A stretch of DNA of 64,000 bases. It comes from Amphiscolops sp. MND2022 (Eukaryota). The translations under genes and the position numbers were made by a program. Below are positions 47,476 through 59,600 of the stretch, in pieces. The notes beneath the pieces were generated by a model. That model was not told the DNA's origin and ran no database searches. It saw only the letters and a program-made list of their open reading frames with translations. Location: the NCBI GenBank assembly GCA_964187785.1, contig OZ076409.1, forward strand, positions 58,406,001-58,470,000, given 5' to 3'. Position 1 is the first letter of the stretch; every line of letters begins with the position of its first letter.

Positions 47476-50463
47476 TACTCACTCTATCCTTCTTTGTGCA
47501 AAGTCAAACGCAAGACAAACAAAAATAGGAAGTTTTCGATGTACTCCCTAACTATTATTTAAACTAAACTATGGGACCACTACGTTCTGGAGTTTGCAGC
47601 TCGTGATTGCTTTCTAGATTCTAAATTGAAAATAGCTGGCCTTCACAAACCTCAGACTCCAGATTACATGCACTAATTAGAACAGAAAGGTTTGCTTCCA
47701 CACTAACTGGAGATAGTTATCCTACGAAAAGTTAAAGTTAAGCCTTTTAAGTTTTTTTTTTTGAGGTACTTTGACAAGCTACTTGCACTAAACTACGCTT
47801 AATCCAGCCACAGGCTACGCGGTTGGAGCGAACAAAAAGGTTTTGGCACGCTAGCAAGGTTTTACGGAGGTTTATTCAAGAAATCACCGTACTTTGCTTC
47901 ACAAACGTGCTTTATGTTACTCGCACTGCCCTTTAATAAGAGAGCACGAGAGGGATTACTACAAAAAGGGGAATTGGGGAATAGACCTTGGGGTGAGCAA
48001 ATGTCAGGACACCTTCGAACGAGAGGGTTTTCCCAATCTGATCGTAGCACGATCAATAGAAATACAGATCTTCACTATTTCAAATGCTACTACACTCAAT
48101 TTTCTGTCTTGAGACGCACCGCGTCCGAAGTCTAAGTCTCCTAGAAAACTCCTAGATGCGTTCTAGCTTTCTCACGTCACTTCTCCAGTCGAGGCCAACG
48201 TGGCTATGTCTATTAGCTCGTACTTAGGTGACTTCGGTGGCCGTTAGTAGAGAAAACACGTTTTTTGTGTTTTTCACTCCTATGTCTCGTCAACAGTTTT
48301 TCACAAACCCAGGATCTCAGGGTTGAGCTAGCTCGAATCTGATTACCTCGGCAGGACGTGCTATGGGTGCCTGGTGTAGAATTAGGGTCGTTTGAGCCCT
48401 TTCTTGCAACTACACTTACGAAAAATATGTGAATTTTCGCAAAATTTCTCAAAATCAGCAATTTTTTCACCAAAGTGCACGCCTGGGGATGATGGAAATC
48501 ACTTCTAGAGCTAGTAGCGACCTGAAAATTTAACACGGTATACTACAGTGGCTAAATCGTGGGAAACTAACCGCCGATTGCGCCAAAATTGTTTCCTCGT
48601 GACTCAGGGTCGCTCACCAATGTTACTTGAAAAATCGACTATGTTGCGAAATTCACACAAGTCTGTCAAACTCGCCTTCCAGGCTTCCTAGCTACTTGAA
48701 ATTTTGTATGCGAGCGTGAATTATGCCCACGTAACAGAAAAACAATATAGCGGGGTTCCTAGGTCGATATTTAGCAATCCGAGTTGACAAAACTATGATG
48801 TACCCTATATGTCACTTTCAAGGGTCAAAATTCACAAAATTGTCAATTTCTCCAAGTTGGACAGTAGCAAGCTACTAAAAATGCACAAATCGTCGGGATC
48901 TATTGCCGTGTGTACAAAAATGCAAGAATTTTAGTGCTGGGGTACTCCGAAGGTATTGCACTATGCTCAACTAAAATGCGATTTTTTTGACATTTCGGTA
49001 CAGATTTTGGGCAAAACTACAGCTAAGATTTCTCGATCACTAGTAACAGTAGCGCTACGAAAATTACACCACTAACGTAACTTTTTGCGGTCTACACGAT
49101 GGTGCAATCCGTTTTGGGCTACTCCTGCTAGGAGAGATTTCGACCTTTCATTGAAACACTAATCCAATGTTCCGATAATGTCGCAAAAATAGCACGTTTT
49201 GGGCTATTTCTCAACAACCACTGGTTGGAATCACTCGCGGTTTTCGGCGTTAGTAATCTAGTACTCTCTACTAACAGAAAATAGGCGAGCGAAACCTGGC
49301 AGGTTCCAAATAAGGTCTCTCAAAATTGATTTTAGGTTACACCTTGGACACTCTGGGAACACCTATGAAAAACACGTATTTTCCTTAGGAACTTTTTATT
49401 CTTCGGTTCCCAGAGGTTCGGGATGGTTTTAACAGTACAGTAGGAAGGTGTAACTACTTTATTTAGGGGACTGGGGTTCTTTCAATTATTACTTTTGATG
49501 TTATGCCTCTCAGGTCTATGGGGTCCTGTACTCAGGTCTATGTATATTGAAAGAAATAAGCTGTTAAAGTTTCAATTTTAATAGGGGAGCCTTAAAAAAC
49601 AACTTGGTAGTAGTGACTCGTACTACCAAGCTAGGGAACAAAGTTTTTGGGCAGATCTGAAAGCTTTGGGTCAAGTGCCCAAGACTTTGCCCTCGTCAAA
49701 TTTTGTCTTTTTGGCTAAATTTGACTTTTTCTCTATAAAAATCACACAATTTCTCAATTTTACACCAAGTTGGCCCAACAATTTTTTCTGTTCCTGACCT
49801 AGCAGGTCTGATGGAACGTTTTTCCCGTATTCCCAGTGGCCGTATCCTTTTTCACAAATTTTCACCCTTCAAAATCCGTAAAATCGCTATTTGAGCTATA
49901 TAGGGTGTTGTTTTCAAGGTTTTCGCGCTCAAATTTTTAATCAACTGGTTCAAACACCTTCAGGGTATTTTTCCCAGTTAATTTTAGTGGGGATAGGCCT
50001 GGGAATATGCTTTTTGGGCCGATTATTAGCAAGAATTGGCAATACAACCCGATTGTCGTGGGTATTCGGCAACTAGAGGGGTGCTGGAGGTGTGACGTCT
50101 GAGGTGCTCACACACTGCCGTCAGCTATCTGGGGCCTTCAGCATTCGTCCTCTCGGTCCCCATACATTGCCAATTTACTGAAATAGAGCTGCAAAACCCT
50201 TTAAAACCAGTTCCGGATAGGCCGGATTCACTTTTTCAACAGATATTATCGAAATACAGGGGGTACACTGTTTGAAATCGCCGATTTTCGGTTCCAGACC
50301 TCGGAAATACGCAGGAAACGCAGGAAAACACTACTACAAGGCCCACAGGGCTAGAATGAGGCAATAAAAACAATCTAGGACTCACCAGCAAGTTTTCCTA
50401 GATCCGGACCTAGCAGGGCCGGAAAGCAGGAAAAACTCCTATTATGGCGAAAAGATGGAAAAA

Positions 50464-50481
50464 GTCCCTTGTGGGGCGCCA
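50464..50481 (-). promoter_or_regulatory. Primer-binding site, tRNA-Lys-like, 16 nt from the LTR
   Basis: TGGCGCCCCACAAGGGAC matches the tRNA-Lys3 PBS TGGCGCCCGAACAGGGAC at 15/18. Confidence 0.55.
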
Positions 50482-50497
50482 TAAAAACTATCCTAGA

Positions 50498-51210
50498 TGT
50501 AACGTCAAGCTAACAGCTACATTCCAGAACCGGGACAATGCCCAGGTTGCCTTAACAAGAGACCAGTGTCTTACAACAACCTAAACATTAGTTTTTAGTC
50601 CCAAATGGTCTCTGTAGGGACTTTTCCAAGACGCCGAGGAGACTCCTCATATTAGAGCTCCGTGGCGACGTGCCGGCACACTCAAAGTCCGGACACGTCC
50701 CACAAGCACGTAAAAACGGTCCTAAAGGCTTCCTGCGATCCTACATACCTCCGAGGTCTGAAAACAGGGGTTTAGTCAGAGCACATCTCAATTAAGTGAA
50801 TAACGTCTAAAATCAACACCTTCCAGTTTTACCATTAACAAACACCTGAAAATCTGCCAAAATACTATAAAACAGCACTGGGGAGGCATTCTGAACAGTT
50901 CCCAGCGAGTTTTGAGCTTTGGGTTCAACTCACGCAAAAATCGCACCTTCTTCTTCATCTCTTTTCCGGCTCATTCTTGCGATTTTCCGGTTTTGATGGC
51001 ACAACACTGGGGTATTGGCTAGTTTCTGCTTCTGAATATCTTCTTTCGCTGCTTTTCGGTCTTCTCTGTGGTCTGGGGGGGGTCTTTTTTGCGTTGTGTG
51101 TGCTTTCTTTTCGATTTCAACGACCTGCTAGGTCGGCCATTTTGATTCGCACACTTTTTGGGTATTCTTCGAATTTTTGAAATTTTTGACCTTGACTGGT
51201 GGACGTTACA
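50498..51210 (-). repeat. 5' LTR
   Basis: 713 bp, matches 36163-36875. Confidence 0.98.
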
Positions 51211-52085
51211 TGCATTTTTCTTATATGGCTTTTTTATTCCTTTCCAAAAATGCTTAGTTGATTTCAGATAACATCTTAGCCCAAATTTCTCTCCAAGGCC
51301 AAGTTCAAAAGGCTAGATGGCCAATTAAAAATTCATTTTTGCTTGATCCTGAAAGTGTTTGCTCAGCATTTTGTTAATACTTCAAATTGAATCACCTAAA
51401 ACATTCAGCTTTTGGTTGATGAATTTTAAGTTTAGATTTATTCTGCTCCCAAGAACTCGAAGTGAGGGATCAAATTGAACACGAAAGGTCATCAATCTTA
51501 TTGAGATCAAAGGTACTTTTCCTTAGACGTATGAAGGTCCGGAAAGGATTTTTGCATAAATGTTAAAACAACCCATTTTTGGTTTCCCTGGCAATAAAAG
51601 TCTTCATGTATACTTTTTTGTGTTTACTCCGAGTCGATTAAAGTTTATGTTCAAAACCTCCAATATATATTTTTTGTTTTCGTTTTTCTGAAGTCGCAAA
51701 AATGGTAGCCACTATGAGAAACACTACTAGATAAATTTGCAGTGAAACATGGAATCCATATGAGGGCCATACTTCAAAATGATTTCCACGAAGAGACCAT
51801 GCAATGGTATGAATTCAAATCTATGATTTCAAATTTATGAATTCTTGATTTAAATCACAAAATGATTTTCATTTATGGCAACTAGTTTCCATTATATAAA
51901 ATCCGTGTCAGATCAACCTGAGTTGTGAGAACAAATTGAGTAACAAAGCAAATCACCCATTTCTGTTACAGACATCAAACCCATTATAACTTTCGAAACC
52001 AAATGGGAACAATTAAAATTACCACATGTCGGCGCCCAGCTCAGTTTCAAAAAACCACGTTTCTTAAATATCTATTAGACACTAT

Positions 52086-52554
52086 TTTTTAGTCGGCGCT
52101 ATTCTTAAGAAAAGAGCCCGACTATTACAGTCACTCGTTTTTTTTTCTTTTTTTATTTAAGACAGACTCGAAGCGACGAACGTTAACGTTCAACTAAAGG
52201 AAACTAAACACCAGGGAAACGCATGTAAATTATTCCAAAGGATCCCCCTTTGGTTTTTTACTTTTTAAACGTTACCTACAAGCCCGGACGGGACTGAAGG
52301 GTCCCCCCCTTTCGATTTTTTTTCGAAATTTTTTTAATGTCCCCAAAGGGTCCCCCCTTTGAGTTTTTTGTTATTTTGCTACAGAATGCGGGTTTATAAA
52401 TCAAAAAAGGTCCCCCTTTTACATTTTTCGGCACTGTGCGACATTTTCCGAAAGAAATTTTTTTTTCGAAAATTTCAAGTTTTTTTCCAAAAAAATGTTT
52501 TGCACTTTTTGAGCCTTAGATATAGGGCCGACTTGAGACGTTCCCGTCTTGTTT
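52086..52554 (+). mobile_element. Non-autonomous Helentron/DINE-1-like element
   Basis: 5' subterminal AGTCGGCGC with a nearby partial inverted copy; 3' inverted GCCGACT followed by hairpin GAGACG-ttcc-CGTCTT; T-runs at both ends. Confidence 0.65.
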
Positions 52555-53988
52555 AGACTTTGATCAATTTCTCAGTGCCAAAAAATACACCACTTTTCCC
52601 AAACTAGAAACACAAATCAACTTTTGAAAATTATTTTTAAAAATCTCCAATAAAAACGATGGGGATACCCTTTGACCAAACGAGAAAGATTCGGAAAAAA
52701 ACCCACAGAGCCGAAAAAAAGCTGAAAAATGTCTTTTCCACATGCAATAAGAAAATTAACCCTCACTCTCAGAAAACATGTACGGAAAACTTTACGGAAA
52801 CCTCAAAAAAACTGATTCTGGAAAAAATCAAATTTTTTCGAAACTTTTTATTTTGTTAAACTCGATAAAACTCGTAAATAAAACCCTCAAAGACTTGAAA
52901 TTTTGGAATTTTTGAGTATTTCGGGTCATTCTGGGGATATTGCTTTCATACAAACTGCAAATTCGTCTTTTAGAAGGGTACTGCGAACCTTTTTATATCG
53001 TCTGGAACTTTTTGAAGCTTTTCAACTTGCCAACAATTTTTGATTTTAAACTCTCAAAATTAGACAATTTTCGATATCGGGACACTTTGAGGCACTTTTC
53101 TTACAATAAACAGCATTTTCTCAAAGAATCTTCTTGATACCACGTTTGTTCGTTGTTGTATGTTTTTATTTTTTCAATACACGAAACTTTCGAATACTTT
53201 ACAAATTTTGAAAATGAAAGCGTCAACGTTTGGTCAATAGTTACTCTTCGACTGCTTCGGTCCTTCTATGGTTTTGTTCTACCTTGAAAATTTCCAATTT
53301 TTCAAATGAAAGGCGAATTAGTACTGTTTGGCTAGATATTACGTTTGAAGTCTTTTAACCTTTCTGAAATCGCACAAAAATCTATAAAATCAACTAGACA
53401 ACGTCATTTTTTGGGGGTCAATTTGGAAAATTTTCTGATATAAGCATGCGGATATTTCTTCAAAAACCCTATTGGAAAACGTTTTGAATTATTTATGAAA
53501 GTTTTCAACCTTCTTACTACAAAAAAGTTTCCAAAATTTTAATGGACAAATTTCTCTTCTTTTCGTCTCAATTGAAATCATTTTGAAGTGTTTTTGAAAC
53601 AGAACACTTCAACTTTCTCGTCAAAAGGGTTGTACTGCAAATCAAATTCTCGAACGTTTGAATCCCTTAACTTATGAAATCTCTCGGAAAATGTACACAA
53701 CATGTATGAAAATTGACAAAATCTTGAAACTTGTTTTTTTTTTCGGGTTCACTTTGAGGCTTTTTTTCGTTTGAAAATTGTATTTATTTTCTTCAAAAAA
53801 GCTTCACGGACAAGTTTTTTTTACCATTCTAAGCCACGTCTAAAAAAATTCACAGAAATTGCTTAAAAAATTAAACTCTCTGAACTTTTGTATGTTTCGG
53901 TTGTAATTTGAGCCTTTTTTCAACTTAAATATTGCAAATATTACCTCCCGAAAGCCTCCCGGAGAAAAATTTCTTTGCTCATCGTTTG

Positions 53989-55484
53989 TGTCGGAGGCGG
54001 CCGCCTGCGACGGAATATTGTACCGAGTGGGGCCCGAAGACGACAATACTAACCCCGGACCAGGAATCTTACCTATTTGAGAAGAAACACCCCAATACTC
54101 TTACTATTTAGTAAAAACAATAACTCCATGCAATTTAGTTTAAATGTTCACTATTGATAATCCTTACAGGTACACCAGAAGTGCTACTTATGTGACTCAA
54201 GGTCGTTTTGACGGCATTACTAATTATATTGTGTTACCGTCTTATGTAAATTAGTTGATACATTACATTAATAATAACAGTGTGAACTAGTACCAAAAGG
54301 TGCGGAAATGCAGTGTATTTTAATAATTTGATTGACGTTGATAATAGTAGTAGAAGGCAAGACAACTATGCAAGTGAAAGGAAACGCGTTCAACTGGTGC
54401 GCTGCTGCCGTCTAGTTGACGCGTAGTCACTTCACTTTTAACCAATCACGGCGCTACACTTAGTTATGTTTCAATGCCGTCATGCGGACGTTAGGTCCAA
54501 TTTGTTAAATGCATGTAGTAATAAATCTGTAGTTGCATGAAAGTTACCGCTTACATCTGCCAATTAATAACTCACGTGTTGTTCCTATTTATAGAACCTA
54601 TGACGTGTGGTCACATGTAATCTCAGTTGCTATGTTTAGAATTATGATGTAATAGTGATGTCATTACTATTTTTACCCTATGACACCCTAAATATCGAGT
54701 GTCATGCGGGTAGGAGTATATATACGGAAGTTCAGTTGCAATTGATTCATTCATTCGATAGACCGCAATCTCAATACAAACAATTCTGTCACAACTCTCC
54801 AATTTGACAATCTACTATTGAACAAAATTCCTTTTGATATGCCTTCAACTAGAAAGCAAAAGGCGAAAGAGAAACGCTCAAGACAATCTGACGTAATGTC
54901 AGATATTGAAAACATAGATGTGATGTTAGGAAATTACGCTAACAGTGATTCTAGAGGCCAAGATACCGTAGATCAATTAGAAATTGACCCTGAGTCAAGT
55001 AGACGGCAACAAGGTTTTGGCCAAGAAGATAGCAACTATAGGTATCTTTTGAATACTAACTTGAGTGAGAATAGTGAAATCACAGCTGAAACTAACAGAG
55101 CAATTAGTTCGGAAATTTCCTCGCAAATGTCGTGGAAATTGGAAGAGATGAAGTCTGATCTAAATTCTCATATTTTGGAAGTGATAAACTCAGCCATTGA
55201 TGAAAAGATACTTCCTAGTATTGAAAATGTAATTGCGAACAAAAGAGAGACAAAAAATACAAAATGGGTTCTTCGGTCAGATGGACGGCATCCAGATAGA
55301 AACATCCAAATGACTCAAAATTCAGACCTTGAGTCAGCTGGACGGCATAAAAGTAAATTTTGCCAACAGATCCAGGACTCAGGCGAGAACTTCCCTAAAT
55401 TAATCGCAACTTCCAGTAACCAGAATAATCACTGTAGGGAGAATCCATTGGATTTCGAACAATGTGATGATGACGGTTACGACA
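53989..55484 (+). repeat. 5' LTR (1496 bp) containing a TATA-like box (~54717) and the first ~215 gag codons
   Basis: Termini are homologous to the solo LTR 31903-33412; immediately followed by TGG-PBS. Confidence 0.85.
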
Positions 55485-55498
55485 TGGTGACAGGAGCC
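55485..55498 (+). promoter_or_regulatory. Primer-binding site TGGTGACAGGAG (tRNA-Leu-like), inside the gag reading frame
   Basis: TGG directly after the LTR terminal CA; the tRNA identity is an inference. Confidence 0.7.
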
Positions 55499-56623
55499 AA
55501 CCTTACCCCACATTTGGTCCCAGAATTCCTGACCGGACGGCCCATGCAATCCCGAAACACCATTCCCTTTCCAAATCCTAGCACTGACGATACGCTGGAA
55601 ACAACCCTCCCAGCTCAGCAAAATCCAATTCCAATTAACCTTCAGGAGACGCCCCGCGAACCTCCAGTCGACCCCATCAACCGACTTGCAGATGTCATTA
55701 TGGGGATGAACACGAAACACCCATCACAAACTCTGATGGTACGCCCAGTCAGTACGACCACACTGACGTTTGACGGGAAATCTGAAAAGTTCGAACTGTT
55801 CGAAGATCTTTTTCACACGATGATAAAGATGCAACCGGACATGACGGAAACAATGAAAATCAACCATTTTCACTCTCTGTTACGCAAAAACGCGCTACAG
55901 ACCTTTCGCAACATCAATTCAACCAACAGACAAACCCTAGAGGACATACAAGCAGTCTTCCGTAGGAAATATGTCAAACCCGAATCTCAGGCAACCGCCA
56001 AACACAAATGGCAGAAATTGGTATTTGATCCAAATACTATGAAATTGCCTGATTTCCTCGAAGAACTCAACCAAGGTGCTGAAAAAGCCTTTGGGGGAAC
56101 ATGCCCAAGCAATGATTGACAGTTTGCTTTATGCCAAACTACCACCCAAACTGAAACGTTCAGTCAACATGGCGCGACTTGAAAATGCTACGTATGAAGA
56201 GATTGTCACACATCTCGAACGAGAATTAGAACTGAATGGACTTGAGGAAGGTGACTACATTCACGTCCCCACAATGTCCACTGCCCCCACAGCAACACGA
56301 CCGGGAACTGGTCTTCTTTCATCCGGCATCGACCCGAATATCACTTGTAACTATTGCAAAAAGCCGGGACATGTCAAAGACGACTGCCGAAAACTCAAGA
56401 GAAAGGAGGAACAAAAGCGCAATGGCGGGCAGGATACGAAGAAAGAATATCCCAAATGTCCAACTTGTGACAAAACGAATCACCCGGCGGAACGGTGTTG
56501 GAAAGGCGCTGGAGCCCACCTCAAGCCCAAAAACCTCAAATTGGATAATTCCAAAACCGAGGAAACTCCCATGAGTCAAGATGACTCCAATAACAAACCC
56601 ACTACTTCTATCCTCAAAAATTC

Positions 56624-56630
56624 AAAAAAC
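56624..56630 (+). promoter_or_regulatory. -1 ribosomal frameshift slippery heptamer A AAA AAC
   Basis: Directly before the gag TAG; pol continues open in the -1 frame (KLDLPRLQIN). Confidence 0.75.
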
Positions 56631-59600
56631 TAGATTTGCCACGACTCCAGATTAATGAAAAAAGACGCGTCAGACAATATATAATATCTGACCCTCCAAC
56701 TATCTATTACACAGAATATTACTCCTCCATTAAGGAAAATTCATCAGCTGACTGGCAGCAGCAGGTGAAACAAATTCCTACCAATTTACACAATGTGAAC
56801 CTTCAGTCCAATAGACAGCACTCTAACACTATGACTATTCGCACTCTTCCCCTCATAGATAACTATAATCCCTATTATCCCGACCCAGACTTCGGTTTCG
56901 ACGCCTATTGGGACGTTCAAATCTACAACCAACATCATCTACACTTCTACAAAAACTTCACCAAAAATGCTGCAGATATCGAACCTGATCAACACCATAT
57001 TGATCAGCTACTGCATACCAAACTATCCATGGCCTCTGTGGACCCCTGGCAAAAGGGGCAGATAAACAACCACCCACCAATCCAGGAGGAAATCACACAA
57101 GAACTTCCACACAATGGACCTTTGGTCACATTGACGGCAACAGTGGAAGAACGCTGTGAACACGCTGATCTCACGAAATGGTGAACCTGACTATGTCCCG
57201 TTGACAACCAACTTGGGGCTCAAATATAAACGACGCATGCTCTACTTTCCAATGGATTTTGGCGAACTAACATTAGATGGCCTTGTAGACACGGAAGCCC
57301 TATCTAGCGCGATCCCAGAAGCTGATCTACGTAAAATCCGATTACTAGCCCCTCAGTCCATAATTAAAGAGGGCCCAGCACCCAACTTCCAAATTATGGT
57401 AGCTAATGGCCAGCTGGAGAATCCGAAGAGCACCGTTGAACTCAAATTCTAGGTCGGGGACATCGATTTCCATGAGATCTTCATTGTTATGGAAAAACTT
57501 ACAGATCCGCTCATTGGTCTCTCGTTCCTGCAACGGAACAATACCATATTGGACATGCGACAGGGAATCTTAAACTTCCCATTCTTTTCCATGCAATTGA
57601 AAACAGCTGACCATAAGTACACCAATGTCATGGAAGCTATCTGTGCGCAAGAGGATATAACTATTCCCCCCAATGACAGACATATGGTCTCCATGTCCTC
57701 ACAACTATATGACGACACAAACGTCACTGGAATTCTTCAACCGAGCAATGACCTTGCAGAAGATGGTGATATAACCTTCTGCGCTGCTCTCGTCACACTG
57801 ACCCAAGGTCAGGTATCGATCCATGTCAACAATTTCACTGACCAGCCATACACCATCAAAAGAGGTTCGTACATTGCAAATTTCTCTGTTCTCACCCCAG
57901 AACAAATGGAATACGTCAAACCCATTGACCCAGTGACCACATGGCACTTTTTGAAAGATAATCCGGAAAATGCTGCATACTATGCCAGTAGCCTCATCAA
58001 ATCCCCGAAAATTAGCGAAGAAAGTGAACACTATTGGTTCCCGACTCCAGAAGAACCAGGAGACCCTCAGAAACATACACCCATACAACAAAGAATCCTC
58101 AGGGAATTACAAAGCCTTCAGGGTTCAGAGAAACTCAACCCTCAGGATGACCCTTAGTCCAGGAAACAGTTTCTTGCCAACTTTGACTGGACTGACTCAA
58201 CGCTAAATCCAGTTGAAATTGCCCAAATTGAAGAATTACTTGTCGAGTTTCACGACATTTTCGCAAGGCACCGCTTTGATATAGGTATGAACGAGGACTT
58301 CAAAGTCACATTGACCCCTAAAGACGACTCCCCTGCCTACAGTCAAAGCCTACCTACCCCTATCAACCTCAAAGAAGACATTCTTGTTGAATTAGCGCTA
58401 CTCCACCGCTATGGGATCATAAGGACACTTCCGTTTTCCAAATATGCGAGTCCCATTTTTGCCCAGAAAAAACCTAATGGCAAATTACGACTTTTGGTTG
58501 ACCTCCGAAAAATCAACAATTTGATTTCCGACGATTATATCAACAACAACCATCCTGTCAGTACACTAACGGATGCAGCGCAACACATGGCAGACAAACG
58601 ATTATTCTGCAAGCTCGATTGTTCTCAGGCATACCACTGTCTGCAGATGGCGGACCAAAGGTCCATAGAGATGTTGGCGTTCAATTTCGCCAGTAGAACT
58701 TTTGCCTACCGCCGACTCGCGCAAGGTTTAAGCCGCGCCCTATCAGCTTTCTCAAGTTTCATGCGTGAATACCTAGATAAAAAGATTAAAGCGGATCAAT
58801 GTGCTCAATATGTCGATGACATTGGGATTGCCGCCAACAGTGCCACTCAACTCATCAACAACTTGCGAGCAACCTTTGAATGCATCAGGACCGCAGGTCT
58901 TAAATTAACGATGCACAAAAGTCACTTCGGAGCCAAAGAAATTGACTTCCTGGGACGCACCATCACTCCTGAGGGAGTGCGGCCGCAACGATCCAGGGTC
59001 CAAAACTTCCTAGAGAAAACGAAATTTCCGAAATCCAAAAAAGCACTTCAACGATATTTGGGATTTTTAAACTACTACCGCAATTACATTCCAAGGCTCT
59101 CTGAAAAGCTAACACCATTCTTCAAGCGGTTGAAAAATGATGCCAAAGTCATGGTGACTCCCGAACTGTTAGAACAATTCACCGAGATCAACAAAGCTCT
59201 TGACCGATGTTGTGAACTCGCACTCAAACAACCTCTGCCTAACAAACAGATAGCCCTGATGACAGACGCTAGTTTTTCGGCAGCAGGTTATGCAGTTCTC
59301 ATCGAGGATGATCCAATGGAAAAATATGGTTCAACGCGCAAAGCCTTTGCACCAGTAGCATATGGATCCAAGACCTTTAGTCCCGCCCAGCTGAAAATGT
59401 CCATCTATGCGAAAGAATTTCTAGCGATATTCTTTGCCTTCAAGGAATTTGGACACATCTTTTGGGGGACCCCGACACCGGTGATCATTCTAACAGACAA
59501 CAAATCAGTTACTCGCTTTTTTCAGACGAAAATTATTCCACCAACGCTATGGAACGCGTGTGACTACGTTATTCAGTTTAGCTTCACGATTGCTCATATT

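Larger units (their letters stand above)
36163..51210 (-). mobile_element. Full-length, very young Ty3/Gypsy LTR retrotransposon (15,048 bp)
   Basis: 713-bp LTRs with a 9-bp TIR (TGTAACGTC...GACGTTACA) and one mismatch seen; intact single ORF; PPT and PBS present. Confidence 0.98.
54839..56633 (+). pseudogene. gag: gag with one frameshift in the G-run near 56095
   Basis: ORFs 54818-56119 and 56076-56633; FDGKSEKFELFED capsid-like segment; CNYCKKPGHVKDDC and CPTCDKTNHPAERC. Confidence 0.9.
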
